Assembly (NCBI GenBank): GCA_001643675.2 | Contig: LSRY02000049.1 | Coordinates: forward strand, 186,001 to 250,000 | From: Monocercomonoides exilis PA203 | Taxonomy: Eukaryota; Protista; Preaxostyla | DNA: 64,000 nucleotides | Direction: 5' to 3' | Shown here: one piece after another, positions 27,200-39,549 of the stretch | Layout of the letters: each line of letters starts with the position of its first letter | Position numbering within the stretch: the first letter of the stretch is position 1 | Notes under the pieces: generated by a model | Seen by the model: only the letters and a program-made list of their open reading frames with translations | What the model was told of the DNA's origin: nothing | The model's database searches: none | Program-made: the position numbers and the translations under genes

Positions 27200-29419
27200 T
27201 CATGACTTTTGCAAGGGCGGGAAAAACCCAACAATCGAATAAAATAGCGGAGATCCCAAGGAGAAAGAGTATTTTAAATTCTTTTTCGGTTTAATATTCC
27301 TTTTCTGCCCGCAATCATCGAAAGTCCAGAGATACTGGCGCCGAGAAGGGGTTGGCATGAACTGACAGTTAAAGCGATGCTTCTTTGATTCTCTGACCTT
27401 ATCCTGATCGGTTTGCCTCAATAATTTTGTTGATTCTGAAAGAATAGAAGAATGAGTTCCAGCTTCCTTCAAGCAAAGAGGAAAGATAAGAACTTCTTCA
27501 AGAGGAGGTTGTGATAAATCGTCTGTTTTTTCCAATAAATTGCTTGAAATCATATCTGTCTCAACGAAAGAGTCATTAAATGCACAAAGATAATTTGTCT
27601 CATCACATTTTTGATGAGATTCCATCATTGTTGATTTCATAGAATTTCTCGAATTCGTTTTCTTTAAGAAAAGTGATGGTGATCGTTTGTGAGTTGATAA
27701 TCGGGGTGATGTATCTGCGTTAATGGAGGACAGATCTGCAAAAAGATTTGTAGGCGTATTTCTTGAGACTGTTGTTTGAAGGTTATTAGGAAATGAAGAG
27801 AGAGAGAGCTTTTGCGAAATTGTTGAGCATGAAAAGTTAGAAGACGAAGGTGAAGGTTCAAATGACGATGGTTGTGCTTCATCATAATAAGGAAAACTTT
27901 GATTACTTGAGAATATTGGTGAATGCTTAGATTTCATTGTCAGGGGAATTGACCCCATTTCATGAAGTGGTAATTCTGAATTGCATATCATTTTTTCTGT
28001 GCTTAACATGTTTTCACTGTCTTTTTGAGCATTTGGCTCGGATTTGGAGTGGTTTGTTGCTTTTCGCACTGCCTTTCTATATTTCCTAAGTCTTTCATCA
28101 AAGAACACCTCCAAGTTGGTCATTTCTTGTTTTTTATTCATCTTCTGCATCTTCTTCTCTTTTCTCTCGATGATCCTTTCCAAATGTTTGCGCTCCTCTT
28201 CAGCCACTTCAAAGCTTGCTGCATTGCTTAATCGTGCATGCAACTCTTCCAGTGTGTACCCACTATACGAAGAACCTTTCTTGGAACATTCATTGTCTTC
28301 TTCTTCTCTCTCTCTTTCAGCCTCGTCCCACATCTTTTTGATCTCTTCGTCGTTTTCGTCGATCCACTCTTTTCTGTTCCATTCGCTAAACAATTCATAA
28401 AACTGTTTTGATTCTCTTATTTGTCTTTTGTTTTCTTCAATAACTTTCAATCTCAAATCTCTTTCCTCTCCTTTTTCCAGAAAACAGGCATCACCATAAC
28501 CATCACCTCTTATCGTGTTTGCATCGCCTCTGAGTTCTAAATCACGTTTCATCCATTTGTGATTCATCTTTCTCTTCAGATATGACAAAATGTTTGAGTC
28601 GTCTTTCGTTCCAGTTGCAGCTGCCATGTCATCTGCATAGTTGACTTTTGATATCTTGACTGTATTTTGACTAATAATTCCATCCATAATCATCTGTTCC
28701 AGTGAAGATGACGATACCCATGAGCCAGCTGAAGAGCAGGAGCCAACGGAATTTGTTCTATGGAAAGTTGTTTTGTCTTTATCATTTTGTTCCGGTTCTG
28801 TTTGTTTTTCAACTTCACTGCATTCTTTCGTTTGTGTTTCTTTTGTGATTTGATTTTGAGAATTTTTGATATTTTTAAGTTCTTCCGTTTTTTGTTTGTG
28901 ACTGAGCATCTGAGCATAAAAGTCATCAAGCAATTCGACTTGCGTTAGTCCATACTCCGGGAAAATATAACTTTCGCTGATATGATTTTTTTGAACTTCT
29001 TCTGCTGTTGGACGAAGAGAAAGAACGGCTTCATTATGTTCTCTCAATGTAACGTAAGGCTTCCTGTGAGAAAAATCGAAGCGATCTTTATTTTCTTTGT
29101 GTTGATTCGCTTCACCATATTGTACTTGAGAAATATCAAAAGAAAAGTCTTTGACGTAATTATCTTTACTCATTGATGAAGAAATGCTTGGATACTCTGA
29201 AGAAAATTGAACGGTCGGATAATACCAAGCACTTTGAGAAGACGCCTCTAGATTGAATTGAGAAAAAGATTGTAAAGGATAAAATGATTGAATGGGCAAT
29301 GGATTTTGCAGTATCTCCTCCTTTTCATTGAATAAAAACGTATTTTGCTGTGAAGGTGATTGTTGCGTGGATTTGTTACTAATTGTCACGCTTTCTGTTG
29401 TAGTGGAATGCAATTGCAT
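27200..29419 (-). CDS. Unassigned six-member family ('GEWxRKEW' domain), member 1, 739 aa
   Basis: Long ORF with core KRQIRESKQFYELFSEWNRKEWIDENDEEIKKMWDEAE...GYTLEELHARLSNA, shared with five other ORFs in this window. Confidence 0.85.
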   Translation of the reverse strand: MQLHSTTTESVTISNKSTQQSPSQQNTFLFNEKEEILQNPLPIQSFYPLQSFSQFNLEASSQSAWYYPTVQFSSEYPSISSSMSKDNYVKDFSFDISQVQYGEANQHKENKDRFDFSHRKPYVTLREHNEAVLSLRPTAEEVQKNHISESYIFPEYGLTQVELLDDFYAQMLSHKQKTEELKNIKNSQNQITKETQTKECSEVEKQTEPEQNDKDKTTFHRTNSVGSCSSAGSWVSSSSLEQMIMDGIISQNTVKISKVNYADDMAAATGTKDDSNILSYLKRKMNHKWMKRDLELRGDANTIRGDGYGDACFLEKGEERDLRLKVIEENKRQIRESKQFYELFSEWNRKEWIDENDEEIKKMWDEAEREREEEDNECSKKGSSYSGYTLEELHARLSNAASFEVAEEERKHLERIIERKEKKMQKMNKKQEMTNLEVFFDERLRKYRKAVRKATNHSKSEPNAQKDSENMLSTEKMICNSELPLHEMGSIPLTMKSKHSPIFSSNQSFPYYDEAQPSSFEPSPSSSNFSCSTISQKLSLSSFPNNLQTTVSRNTPTNLFADLSSINADTSPRLSTHKRSPSLFLKKTNSRNSMKSTMMESHQKCDETNYLCAFNDSFVETDMISSNLLEKTDDLSQPPLEEVLIFPLCLKEAGTHSSILSESTKLLRQTDQDKVRESKKHRFNCQFMPTPSRRQYLWTFDDCGQKRNIKPKKNLKYSFSLGSPLFYSIVGFFPPLQKS

Positions 29420-29809
29420 TCTTGAAAAAGACGAATATGCTTCTATGAATCGAATTCAAAAAATGATTTTAAAAAAGGAATAAAGTTATTTTAAAAAAAC
29501 AAATGCAAAACCATGATTCATCACAATTTCTTGATTCAATAAGTTGTTCTTTCTCGAATGAAATTCGATTATGAATTGTGAAATTTTCAATTCTTTCAAG
29601 GAAATATATAGAAAATAGTAAATATGACAATTAAAAGTGAAACAAACAAATAACAGTATTCCAATAACACAGTTGACATACAAAATTAATTTATCCAATA
29701 AATCAAGTTTAAAATTCAAAAAATAGAAGAGTTCTGAAAAAACAATTTTGATGAAAAAATAATTACTCATACATGATCAATTTTTCGGAAAATAATACAA
29801 ATAATAAAC

Positions 29810-32458
29810 TCAAGAACATTTACGAGGATTATATAAAAATTGTGAATATTTAATGTCTTCTGGTTTAACTTCTGGTGCGGGTGTAAAAAATGAAAGATCA
29901 AGTTTCTTTTTAGAAGTATCCGCCAAATCATCCATTGAAAATAGAACAGGACCGAATTTCGCTGGCTTAACTGTATCGTTGTAATTCTGTGATGAATCTT
30001 TTTTTTTGTTGTCAAAAGCAAATAAAGATTGGACATTTGGTTGTAACGTTAATACAAAATCTTTCTTGAAATTTGATTGTGACTCCGTTTGTTCTCCAGC
30101 ATTATTTATTTGGGAAATAGCAGAAATATTGCTAACATCAAAACTCTCTCCCTCAAAAGGAATGGAAGCTGGGTACTCACACTGTTGCTGCTTTTGCGGA
30201 GATAGCAAAGGTGATGGCGGATGAGGGGTGGAAGGCGGTGTTGGGGGAGCTGTTGAAGGCAAAGAGAGGCACTCTCCATCTGCCTCTTCATTTGTGTCTA
30301 TTGAAAATATATGCTTTTCAAATTTTACTGTTTCATTTTGACCCAACTGTGATTTAGGCTGTAACTTTTCTGTTGCTTCAAAAAATGAACTGTTGTATTT
30401 ATCTGAAATAGAAGGAGATAAAGGCTGTGGCATCGTCAATGATGAAAAAGAGTTTGAATGCAGAGGGAATGCATTTGAAGAGAATAGTTCATGAGAAGCA
30501 TCTGGATGAATGAACTGTGGCATCATTGTGTTTGGAGGATGATGCATACTTGATTCAAAATATGTTTGTGATTCAGTCGGAGTTTGAGATGCTGCTGGAA
30601 TAGGAGTCACTTCATAACATACTGGCATCAGTGTGTTATTTGCTTGGATATCTACAGCATCCGAATCAAATGGCACAACATTATCACTTTGAATAGTTTG
30701 TATGGAAGAATAAATATCTAACTTTGGAGTTTTTGAAGGAGAAACATCATCTAAAGCAAATTCTTTGGTGGTTTCAATTTCAGATGGAAGCGCTTTCTTC
30801 CTTTTCTTCCTTCCTTTTTCCTTCCTTCTCCGCTCATCAAAGTATTGCATCAGTTTATATCTTTGCAGCGATGTTAATGTTTGATTCTTTTCTTCTGTTT
30901 CCTTCAGCTTCAGTAGTTTTGCCATCTTTCTTCTCAGCACTTCTATTTCTGACTCTGGCAGCCCCAGTTCTTCTGCTTCATTCAGTCGATTCCTCACTTC
31001 TTCCAACGTCATTCCGCCTTTCTCCTTTTCGCCTCCTTCGAAAGAATATGCTTTCTTCATCACTTTCGCTTCGGCCTCGTCCCACATCCTCTTCTCTTCC
31101 TCGTCTGTCACCCACTCTTTTCTGATCCATTCCCCAAACACTTTAAAATGGTCAGTGGCCTGTTTTATTTCGCGTCTAATTTCCTTAATCCGCCTCTTTT
31201 TCGCTTTCTCCAAATCCAAAAGGCTTTGTGATGATAAATCTTGCTCCTCATAGCAACTATCTTCATTGAAAGCGCTCTTTGAAGTGCTAACTAGCTTTGA
31301 AGAAGGCCTGTCTCCTTCAGACAAACGCATCTCATCGGCCGTTCTCCACCTGTGAGTCAAGACTCCTCGCCTGAATTCTGTGATTCCTGAAACTTTTGTA
31401 TTTTTCCACACAAAGTCATCATCATGTGCTAATTGCGATTCAGCAGTAACTGTTGGATGCCAATGATCAAAATTATCAATAATTTCCACATCCGCATCAG
31501 AAAATGAATTCAAAGAAGATGTAGATAAAGAGTAGCGATCTGAGTCACAAAAAATATCTTCCTGTTTTTCTTGTAACGTATCATTCAACACTATCTCTTG
31601 TTCTGAACGCTTCAATCGATTCTTCCTTTTTTCCTTTTGAGTCAAGTGAATTTGTTGTTCAACCTCATTAAGGAGATCACAAGGTCTGCAATCGCATACG
31701 TGTTTTGTGATGCGACCTGACATTATTGCTTGCAATTTCGGATCGATCGGCTGTTCTGTTGATGTGGTTGCATTATCTATATTTTCGCTTAAAAGTACAT
31801 TCGGACAAAATTCAGAAGAATTCGACAGAGGCTTTGCTGTTTCGATCGGTTTGCTTTTGCTGTTTTTATAGTTTTCCTTTTCTGCTTGCATCTTTAGCAA
31901 GATTTCTATGTTGGTATCAGAATCGTTAAATCCTGTAAATGAAGTTTGACAGTTTGTTGACGAATTTGTTTGCGTGAATCTAGATGAAATTACGCTTCGC
32001 ACGGTTCTTGCTTTCTTCGAATGGGCAGCGATGATTGTTTTCATTGTCTCTTCATCTCCATTTTGTTCATTTGCTTTGGATCCTTTCGGAACTGGATCAG
32101 AAAGAGTAATAAATGGTAAAGAAGATCGAACTGAATAATCTGTAATAAAATAATTTGTCTCATTGCCTTCGGTGGTATTTGATGTTTGAGTAGTAAGTGA
32201 TAAAATTGGAAAAGTTCTTCCAGAAAATGATGAATTCGCAACTAAAAACGGTATATGTGTTGATGCATAATTATCACAAAGATTTGCTTTTGTATTTTCA
32301 AGTGACGGATAGATATCCTGTTATAAACAGTATTTTTCATACAATTTAAAATGCAATAATTGAAAAATAGAGAATATTTCCAATAATAGGTTAAAAAATG
32401 TCATTGACAAAACAAAAAATTTTTAAACATGTTTCCCGCAAATATGTTCAAGTGTCAT
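29810..32458 (-). CDS. Unassigned six-member family, member 2; main exon 32317-29810, probable small first exon 32458-32429
   Basis: Core RREIKQATDHFKVFGEWIRKEWVTDEEEKRMWDEAE...GGMTLEEVRNRLNEA. The frame stays open ~90 codons upstream of the tracked ATG (32044) to a CAG acceptor ending at 32318 and includes the family SSLPF motif. The first exon (MTLEHICGKH) is tentative. Confidence 0.8.
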
Positions 32459-32663
32459 TTACTCTTTCATCCGAAATTTTGTAAAAACAACAGAAATAAA
32501 AATAAATAGAATAAATTATGGCAAAAGTTCATCAAGTAAAATTTTGTAAAAACGAAAGTGAGAAAGAAAAAACATACAAATGAAAAGTTAAGTCATTGCA
32601 AAAAAACAACTTTAATAATTATTCAATAAGAAATGATTAAACTGTTGAGAATTGGTTTAGCAT

Positions 32664-34924
32664 TCAAAAAGAAGTAAATGAAATCTCTTTCTCGATGTTC
32701 ATGTTCTTTGATGTGCTTTCTATCATGGCTTTAATCTTTTCTTTTTGTTCGCTTGAAGCCTCGTCATTTATAAGTGGTTCGGAGTATTTGAAAAATATTT
32801 CAGCTAATTGTTTCTTTGGCATGCTGCGATAGTGTCTTCCTTTTAGCTGGAACCATTTTTTCCACTGTTTCTGAAGACTTGGAATGAATTCGTCAAAACA
32901 CCATAAGAATTTTCTTTGAGGTGGCGTTAAGTGCAACAAGCGTTGCTTTATGGTCTTTGTAGATGCTCTCTCTTTTTGTTGCAAAACTTCACGTTGCAGT
33001 TGGTTGTTAGCATCATTCTCATTTCCATTTGAATAATTCAACCAGCACAATGAGACAACAATAGGAATTTCGTTATTTGATGTGTTTTCATTAATACCAA
33101 AAGAGCAGTCTGTATTATTATCTTCTGCTGCTTGGAAGCGAAATGGATCTCTCAACTCTTCTAGAAAATGTTGAACGTTTTGATTGCACGAATGATCTGA
33201 AGATAATTGCTGTTTATGCAATAAACTTGGTGCTGATGAAGCTGGATGTTCTAGGAAAGAATAGAAACTGGTGCGATCGGGATTCAAAAGGAGTGAATGA
33301 TACGAAAATCCATCTGATACAAAGGGCTGTTGCATTTGTGAAGATACAAAAGGAAATTTTGAAGATGCGTCTTGATGTTTGTGAAAGATTAATGAATTTG
33401 AAAAATCATCGATGTTCGAAATTGAATGGGAATGAATTGATGAAAGCGTATCATCAGCAACAAATGGAAACTCGACTTGAGTGAAAGTTGATTTTTTGTT
33501 GTGCTCTTGTTGGAGTAATGGTGAATGTTGATCAAAAATAAGTGAAGAAATTGAAGTACTGGGATCTTTTTCGCCTTCTTGTTCCTCTTCTTGAAGTGCT
33601 TCGTCTTTTCTCTGAGAAGAGTGGTTTCCAGCGGTTGCAATGAACCTGTTGTAAGTCTTCTGTCTTATAAACCCGTATTTTTTGAAAGGCGTGACTATTT
33701 TGTTATCCAAATCCTCTTCTGTGATCCGTTCACATTTTTGGAGTTGGTGCCGTATCAAAACTTGCTCATTTTCTGTTATTCCATTTTTGTCAGCATCTTT
33801 GAGAAGTGACTTCATCTCTTCAATTGTTGCCAAAGAAAACTTGCATTGCCCGTGCTGCCGATTCCATTTTGCTTTTTTTTCTGTTTTGTTCCACAAATCT
33901 AATTCTCTCTTGTCAAACATCCACGGCTTTCTTATCCATTCTCCATAGAGATAATAAAATATCTTCGCTTCGTTCAGCTGCCGATTAACTTCTGATAATC
34001 TCCTCTTCCATGCCTTTTCTTCCACATTTTTTGTGTATTGCTCAAAATTCGTATCCTTTTCTCCATCTTCATCTTTAACAATATCATCAATTCTTTCTAA
34101 TTTATTTCTGTCCAATTTCTTCGAAATAAATATATCTGATGATTTTAGTAGCCCCATTGCATTTAGCATTTTCGCATCTGCTTCCTCCCATTTCTTTAGC
34201 AACAAAGTCTTTTGCTCTTCAGCGAATTCTGGGCGCTTTGTAATCTCTTCGATATTATTAGCATCGGCACATTGAGCTTTATTTATTTCGCAAATCGGTT
34301 CCCAACCTCTTTCGTTTTCTTTCAATAATTGTGCAAATGAATCAATTGATGAAAGGGTATTTGATGAATGTGAAGAAATCGATGACGATATCGAACTTGT
34401 TTCGGCTGTTTGAATGTCGAAATTTTTCCCAATAATTGGTTGATTTTCATTCTTTGAACCAAAAACTTTTTCAGCAACTGGACCTTTCTCATTGTTGCAC
34501 ATATCTTAAATTTATAAATATAGTTCTTCGTTATATTGTTGATATATTATGATTTGAGCATACCAAATTTTGTGATATCTTTTGAGCGAAATGCAAATGC
34601 TTGTTTCTCTTTCATGTGAGAACTTTCTTTCTTGAAACATTGTGAAGAAATTTTACCGCGATTACAGTTTGATGAATTGTTTGGAGAGGACTGAAACTTT
34701 TTTGGAACAAAAACATCTGGAGTTCTGAGAGTAAAAGGCAGTGAAGATTGCTCGTGTGAAATTGTTGGAAATGTGTGTCGAGGTGATGTGCATGATGATT
34801 CTGTTGTTCTAGAAGAAAAAAATGCTAAATTTAACATAGAAGGTTGTTGAATTTGGCTTTCGATGGTTCTGTCAATGTAATTTTTCTTTTCCAAAATTTT
34901 TGATTCTTTCTCTTTTTCTAGCAT
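32664..34924 (-). CDS. Unassigned six-member family, member 3, 733 aa; exons 34924-34564 and 34504-32664
   Basis: Core NRQLNEAKIFYYLYGEWIRKPWMFDKRELDLWNKTE...ATIEEMKSLLKDA. The 125-aa ORF 34547-34924 (contains SSLPF) joins in phase via a 59-nt GTATGC..AAG intron (34563-34505). Confidence 0.85.
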
Positions 34925-35253
34925 AACGAATTTTTTAAATATGTTAAGAAGCGTTAAGCATATTTAAAATAGTAGTTATCCATCCATCATACCCTGTTCC
35001 ACAAACTGTAATTGTGAATAACTTGAAAAAAACCAAGGAGCATTATGAGAAAATGTGAAAAATGATTGCTTTGCATCATTAGAATTAATTTCGTAAATGT
35101 CTCGTACCCTTCTATTTTGAAGGTCGAGATTAAAGCTCATTTATTTGGAAAAATCCTTTGAGAAATATGAAATTTTTATAATTTATTTTCAGATCAAATA
35201 AAACTGTCCTGTATCTTTGTTGAAACCTTCTATCGCTAGATCATTTTAGCATA

Positions 35254-38200
35254 TTGTCGTATATGATAGAATCTATAAAACATTTTGTGGAAGAAATTGA
35301 AAATGAGGTCGTACACTTTACGCAGCTTGACGATATACTAAAACATTCGATTGTACTCTCCTCAATCAACCAAAAAGCAACTTATACAGATACTGAAAAA
35401 CGCCGTGAGCGTGCTATGCGAAATATTGTGGAAAATAGTTCGAATGAAAGCTCTTTTTGTTGTGTTTCTTCAAAGCAAATAGAAAATGAAAATTTTACAA
35501 ATCCAATACATAAAACAGAAGTTTTGGCAACAAAAGACGAAGAAGAAGATATCCTGTCTACAATTTTAGATTGTACTAATTCAATTTCCACTCTTACTAT
35601 CGCTCCAAAGCATGAAAAGTCAGAATCGAATAAGTCCATTCATGAATCAAATTTTCAGGAACAACAATATAAAGTGCTTTCGCAATGCCAACAAGATGCG
35701 GAGAGTGGACTTTCACTTTTTCAAAGTTCAACTCCTCAAGAAGCATTTGTTAGTTCATTCTTATCTTCGACGTATAAATCTTTTCCTTTTTCAACTGTTT
35801 TGCCAGATTACTCTTCGTATTTTTCTGAATCCAACATTGAATCATCATCAAGCAAATTCTCTGTTCCTCCTCAAATTGAAACTTCATTAAATTCTTCGGA
35901 ACAACAACAAATCTCATTTATAAAGGAAAACGATCCTTTTTCTCACTTAGCATCACTTCTTCATCCAACTCCAATTGTGTTATCTTCGTCCGAAGAAAAT
36001 ACGCAAGCTACAGTAGACGCGCTAAAAAGCGGTAAACAATCTTGTGACACTTGCGAGCCAAAAAGTGATTCTTCTTTATCAAAAACTACTTCTTCTATAT
36101 CAAAAAGTTCACTTTTGTTTGAGCGGTTGAAAATTGAAGCAGTTGTATTCGTTTTAATTGCATTGCAACAACAAGAATCATGGAATTTAAAGAAGCAATC
36201 TTCTTCGTCATCAGCTTCAGCCTCTTCTAGTGAAGATTTCTTATTGAAATTGGCATCACTTCGAGATCTTGTTGTTCGTTTTTGCTGTATTCGTGGAATT
36301 GTGATGGCTCATGAATTGATAAAAGAGAATGAAAATGCTTCAAGTTCAAGTTCTTCACCGTCATGTTCAAGCTCTGAAGCATCACCTGCAGCATCAAATG
36401 ATTTGTTCAATCCTCAGAAACATCCTGACTTGTTCCAAAAAGTGTCTCAGTGGATGGATCTTTTGTATTTGCGCTATGTTCCTCGGTCTGTTCTTCCGCG
36501 TCCGTTTTCGGCTATTGACTTCAACCAGCTAAGAAAGATTGATGAGCAGAAGAGGCAGTGGTTTCAGGCAAAAGTGGAGGAAGGAGACGAGTTTGCAGTA
36601 CTGTCTGATAAGCGGATTCCGGAATGGGCAAAGATGAAGTTTCAGAAAATGGCCGAAAAGAAGAGGGAAATGGACGAGCTGAAGAAAGAAAGAGACGAAA
36701 GAGAACTGCACAAACATAATGCTTCCACGCAAAAAGCGAAAAGTTCAAATTCAAAACATAAAAATGCTTCGGATAAATCAAAAAATTCAATGAAAGAATC
36801 CCAGTCAAAAATGATGAAAGTGTTTAATTCAATTAAATCTACACTTTCGTTCTCTCAGCAGCCAAAAACAGTGCAGCATTCATATTTGAACATGATCTCA
36901 AGTTCAAATGCATTTTTAGACGCAAAGGGCAGTCCTTCTCATCCATCTGCTGATTCCATTTCACAAAACTCTGAAGCTTTAGCTTTAACTCATTCTTCAA
37001 GTTCTGATTTATCTTCTTCTTCAGTAACTTCATCGTCTTCTCCCTCAATTCCACCATTTCATTTCTTGAACCAATCGCTTCCTCCAAATGCTTTCCTTTT
37101 CCAGCCGCCTTTTGATAGCCCTATTGTCGAATTGTCAAATATTCCTCTTACAAAAAGGAAGATGCAATGTCTGATTGAAGGAGAATGGCTGAATGACGAA
37201 GTCATCAACTTTACGATTGAATTGATGAAGCGGAGGATGGTGCGAACAATACATGCACACGGTTCAGCCGAAGAAAAACAGCGTCTGAAGATCAGCGGAG
37301 TGGATGTGGAAATGAGGGAAGAGAAAAACGGAGCAGAAATTGAGAAAAGAAAGGCTATGGGAGAACCAGGATATGAGGAATGGGATGTAGAAAAGGACTT
37401 GCTGAGTTGTGGATCGTCAGGATGGAATCCAGAAAATTGTTGTCAAATTTCGCTTTCTCTTCATAAGGAAGAGCCTGTCGCTCTTCAGTCGTATGATGAA
37501 TCTTCTACAAAAACAGCAGAACTGCCAAGTCTTGATTCTTTGTGGAGTTCAAAGGAAGAATTCTTACAAGATCCGATCACCAAAATTCTAAAAGTTAATC
37601 CGTTTGAAATGTACAGATCAACAGTGTATTCTTTAGACACTCCAACAGCCTTATCTCAGTCATCGCCTGTTGTTGCTTCTTCTCCATCTGCAGCTAAATT
37701 CTCACAGTTTCCTCATTTCATCACTCCTTTTTGGAGGGACACTTCACTTCCTCTTTGTTACGCAACAAACACTTTCTTCTATGGAAAAGTAAGTGAAGGA
37801 GGTGTTGGATACAACTACGATATGGTCAAAAGATGGACAAGAAGGCGAAAAGCATTTGTTTTCTATGAAAGAGAAGTACTGATAAATAACTCATCTTTCA
37901 TTTCAAAAATATCATTATCATCATCTTCTTCTTCTTCTTCCATTTCACATTCAAATGTCCCAAACAAAATCAAATTACTTCTTCCTTTGTTCGACAAAAT
38001 TGTCGTTCCTATTCATCGCTTTTCTCACTGGACTTTGTGTGTGATAAATTTGAGGCTGCGACGCTTTGAATATTATGATTCTCTCAAAGGATCTGGAGAG
38101 AATGTTGTTGCGACACTGCGGAGGTGGGTAAAGGATGAGATTAACGACAAGGGAATTAAAATATGGAGGCTGCAGGAATCCTCAGCAGCTTCATTGTCGG

Positions 38201-38472
38201 GTGCTGGAAAAGGAGGAAGTGATGTGCGTGTTGAAGAGGAGATGTCTCGGGAAGAGAAAGAGGCATATGCAGCAGAAATTGAAAGGTGGCCGTTATATCG
38301 ACCTGCGCAGATGCCTGTACAAGAGAATGGATGTGATTGCGGAATGTTTATGTTGTTAAGCTGTGATTGCGTTATGAGAAACTCTTCACTCAACTTCAGC
38401 CAATCGGCAATCAATTACGTAAGAAATTCGCTTGTTGAAGTGCTTCGCAATTCAGGAGGAGACGGTTTCTGA
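35254..38472 (+). CDS. Ulp1/SENP-family SUMO protease (peptidase C48); true start codon uncertain
   Basis: Motifs CLIEGEWLNDEVINF, NTFFY..YDMVKRWTRR, KIVVPIHRFSHWTLCVIN..FEYYDSL (His, Asp) and PVQENGCDCGMFML (Gln, Cys). Catalytic triad is intact. Confidence 0.92.
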   Translation: MSYMIESIKHFVEEIENEVVHFTQLDDILKHSIVLSSINQKATYTDTEKRRERAMRNIVENSSNESSFCCVSSKQIENENFTNPIHKTEVLATKDEEEDILSTILDCTNSISTLTIAPKHEKSESNKSIHESNFQEQQYKVLSQCQQDAESGLSLFQSSTPQEAFVSSFLSSTYKSFPFSTVLPDYSSYFSESNIESSSSKFSVPPQIETSLNSSEQQQISFIKENDPFSHLASLLHPTPIVLSSSEENTQATVDALKSGKQSCDTCEPKSDSSLSKTTSSISKSSLLFERLKIEAVVFVLIALQQQESWNLKKQSSSSSASASSSEDFLLKLASLRDLVVRFCCIRGIVMAHELIKENENASSSSSSPSCSSSEASPAASNDLFNPQKHPDLFQKVSQWMDLLYLRYVPRSVLPRPFSAIDFNQLRKIDEQKRQWFQAKVEEGDEFAVLSDKRIPEWAKMKFQKMAEKKREMDELKKERDERELHKHNASTQKAKSSNSKHKNASDKSKNSMKESQSKMMKVFNSIKSTLSFSQQPKTVQHSYLNMISSSNAFLDAKGSPSHPSADSISQNSEALALTHSSSSDLSSSSVTSSSSPSIPPFHFLNQSLPPNAFLFQPPFDSPIVELSNIPLTKRKMQCLIEGEWLNDEVINFTIELMKRRMVRTIHAHGSAEEKQRLKISGVDVEMREEKNGAEIEKRKAMGEPGYEEWDVEKDLLSCGSSGWNPENCCQISLSLHKEEPVALQSYDESSTKTAELPSLDSLWSSKEEFLQDPITKILKVNPFEMYRSTVYSLDTPTALSQSSPVVASSPSAAKFSQFPHFITPFWRDTSLPLCYATNTFFYGKVSEGGVGYNYDMVKRWTRRRKAFVFYEREVLINNSSFISKISLSSSSSSSSISHSNVPNKIKLLLPLFDKIVVPIHRFSHWTLCVINLRLRRFEYYDSLKGSGENVVATLRRWVKDEINDKGIKIWRLQESSAASLSGAGKGGSDVRVEEEMSREEKEAYAAEIERWPLYRPAQMPVQENGCDCGMFMLLSCDCVMRNSSLNFSQSAINYVRNSLVEVLRNSGGDGF

Positions 38473-39549
38473 AAAGTTGCTGTTTTAAATGCATTTCATT
38501 TTCATTTCATTTTTCATGAAAGACTTTTTTGTTTATATTCCTTCCTAACGATGAATACAATGCAAAATAATATTTTTTCTGTCACGGTTATTTCAACGGG
38601 ATTGAAGCTAAAAAACCATTACTCATGACAAATCAAATTTGAACAAAATATGTGTGTGAATAATTACCAAGAATACAAATGATATTCTCAATAACATCCT
38701 TAAATGAAAACTGAACATTTCATGAACAAAATTATTATACCATAACAAAAAACCTACGAGAAATTAATAACGACTTTTTCTGCTTTATTTTTTCACAAGT
38801 TTGGGGTGAAATGTGTGTTAAATTTCGAAATCATATTTTTATCTAAAAAAAAAATAGCAATTTGAGAATTAGCATCGAATATTCATAAAATATTCATAAC
38901 TAAATAATTACACAAAAAAGAATAATCCAACCTTGTATTCATCTTCAAAATTGATTTTGATAACAATTGGCAATATCAAATAAAATTTATTAAAATTTTT
39001 TAGTCGAAAACACAACACTTTTTCATTATTAACACCCCGGATAAGGTTTTAATTTCAAAAATTATCACCCATGCATTGATAACAAATACGAAATGAAAAA
39101 AAGCATGAACTCTCAAAAGGAATGAACCTCACAATTTTTTTCTTTATGTTTGACTTATTATTTCGGTTGTTTGATGGAATGTTGAATAATCTATTTCCAA
39201 TTAATTTTTAAGGATCTACACAAAGATGTGTTTATTAATGGAATAGTCGAAAATGTTAATATACTGGGACAGATAAATTGGAACTTATTTTATCAATTTT
39301 TACTGAAATTTTATCAAATTTCACCATAGTGCAAATATTCTCACATCGCACAGGTTTTAATGCTCAAATTTTCAAATTAAAAAAAAAATGATGAATTAAA
39401 TTTGAAAAAATGACCGATCATGGTCAAATTGACTTTTATTCAAAATTTTTCATTAGCAACTTTTCAAAAAGAATAACTCAGATTGATAATTTGACGTGTT
39501 CTTTTTCACACTGTCAAACAATTCAAATTGAACAATAAAGATGAAATTC

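Noticed and set aside
29486-30036. Short hydrophobic ORFs in AT-rich regions (also 26986-27189 and 40139-40840)
   Set aside because: Phe/Ile/Lys-rich translations typical of AT-rich non-coding DNA or alternative frames, with no motifs.
35254-38472. Ulp1 protease as cargo of a Mutator-like or Polinton-like element bounded by the two triplets
   Set aside because: No transposase, integrase, polB or capsid ORF and no terminal inverted repeats seen; the neighbours are intron-containing housekeeping genes (BBS8, ALG2).
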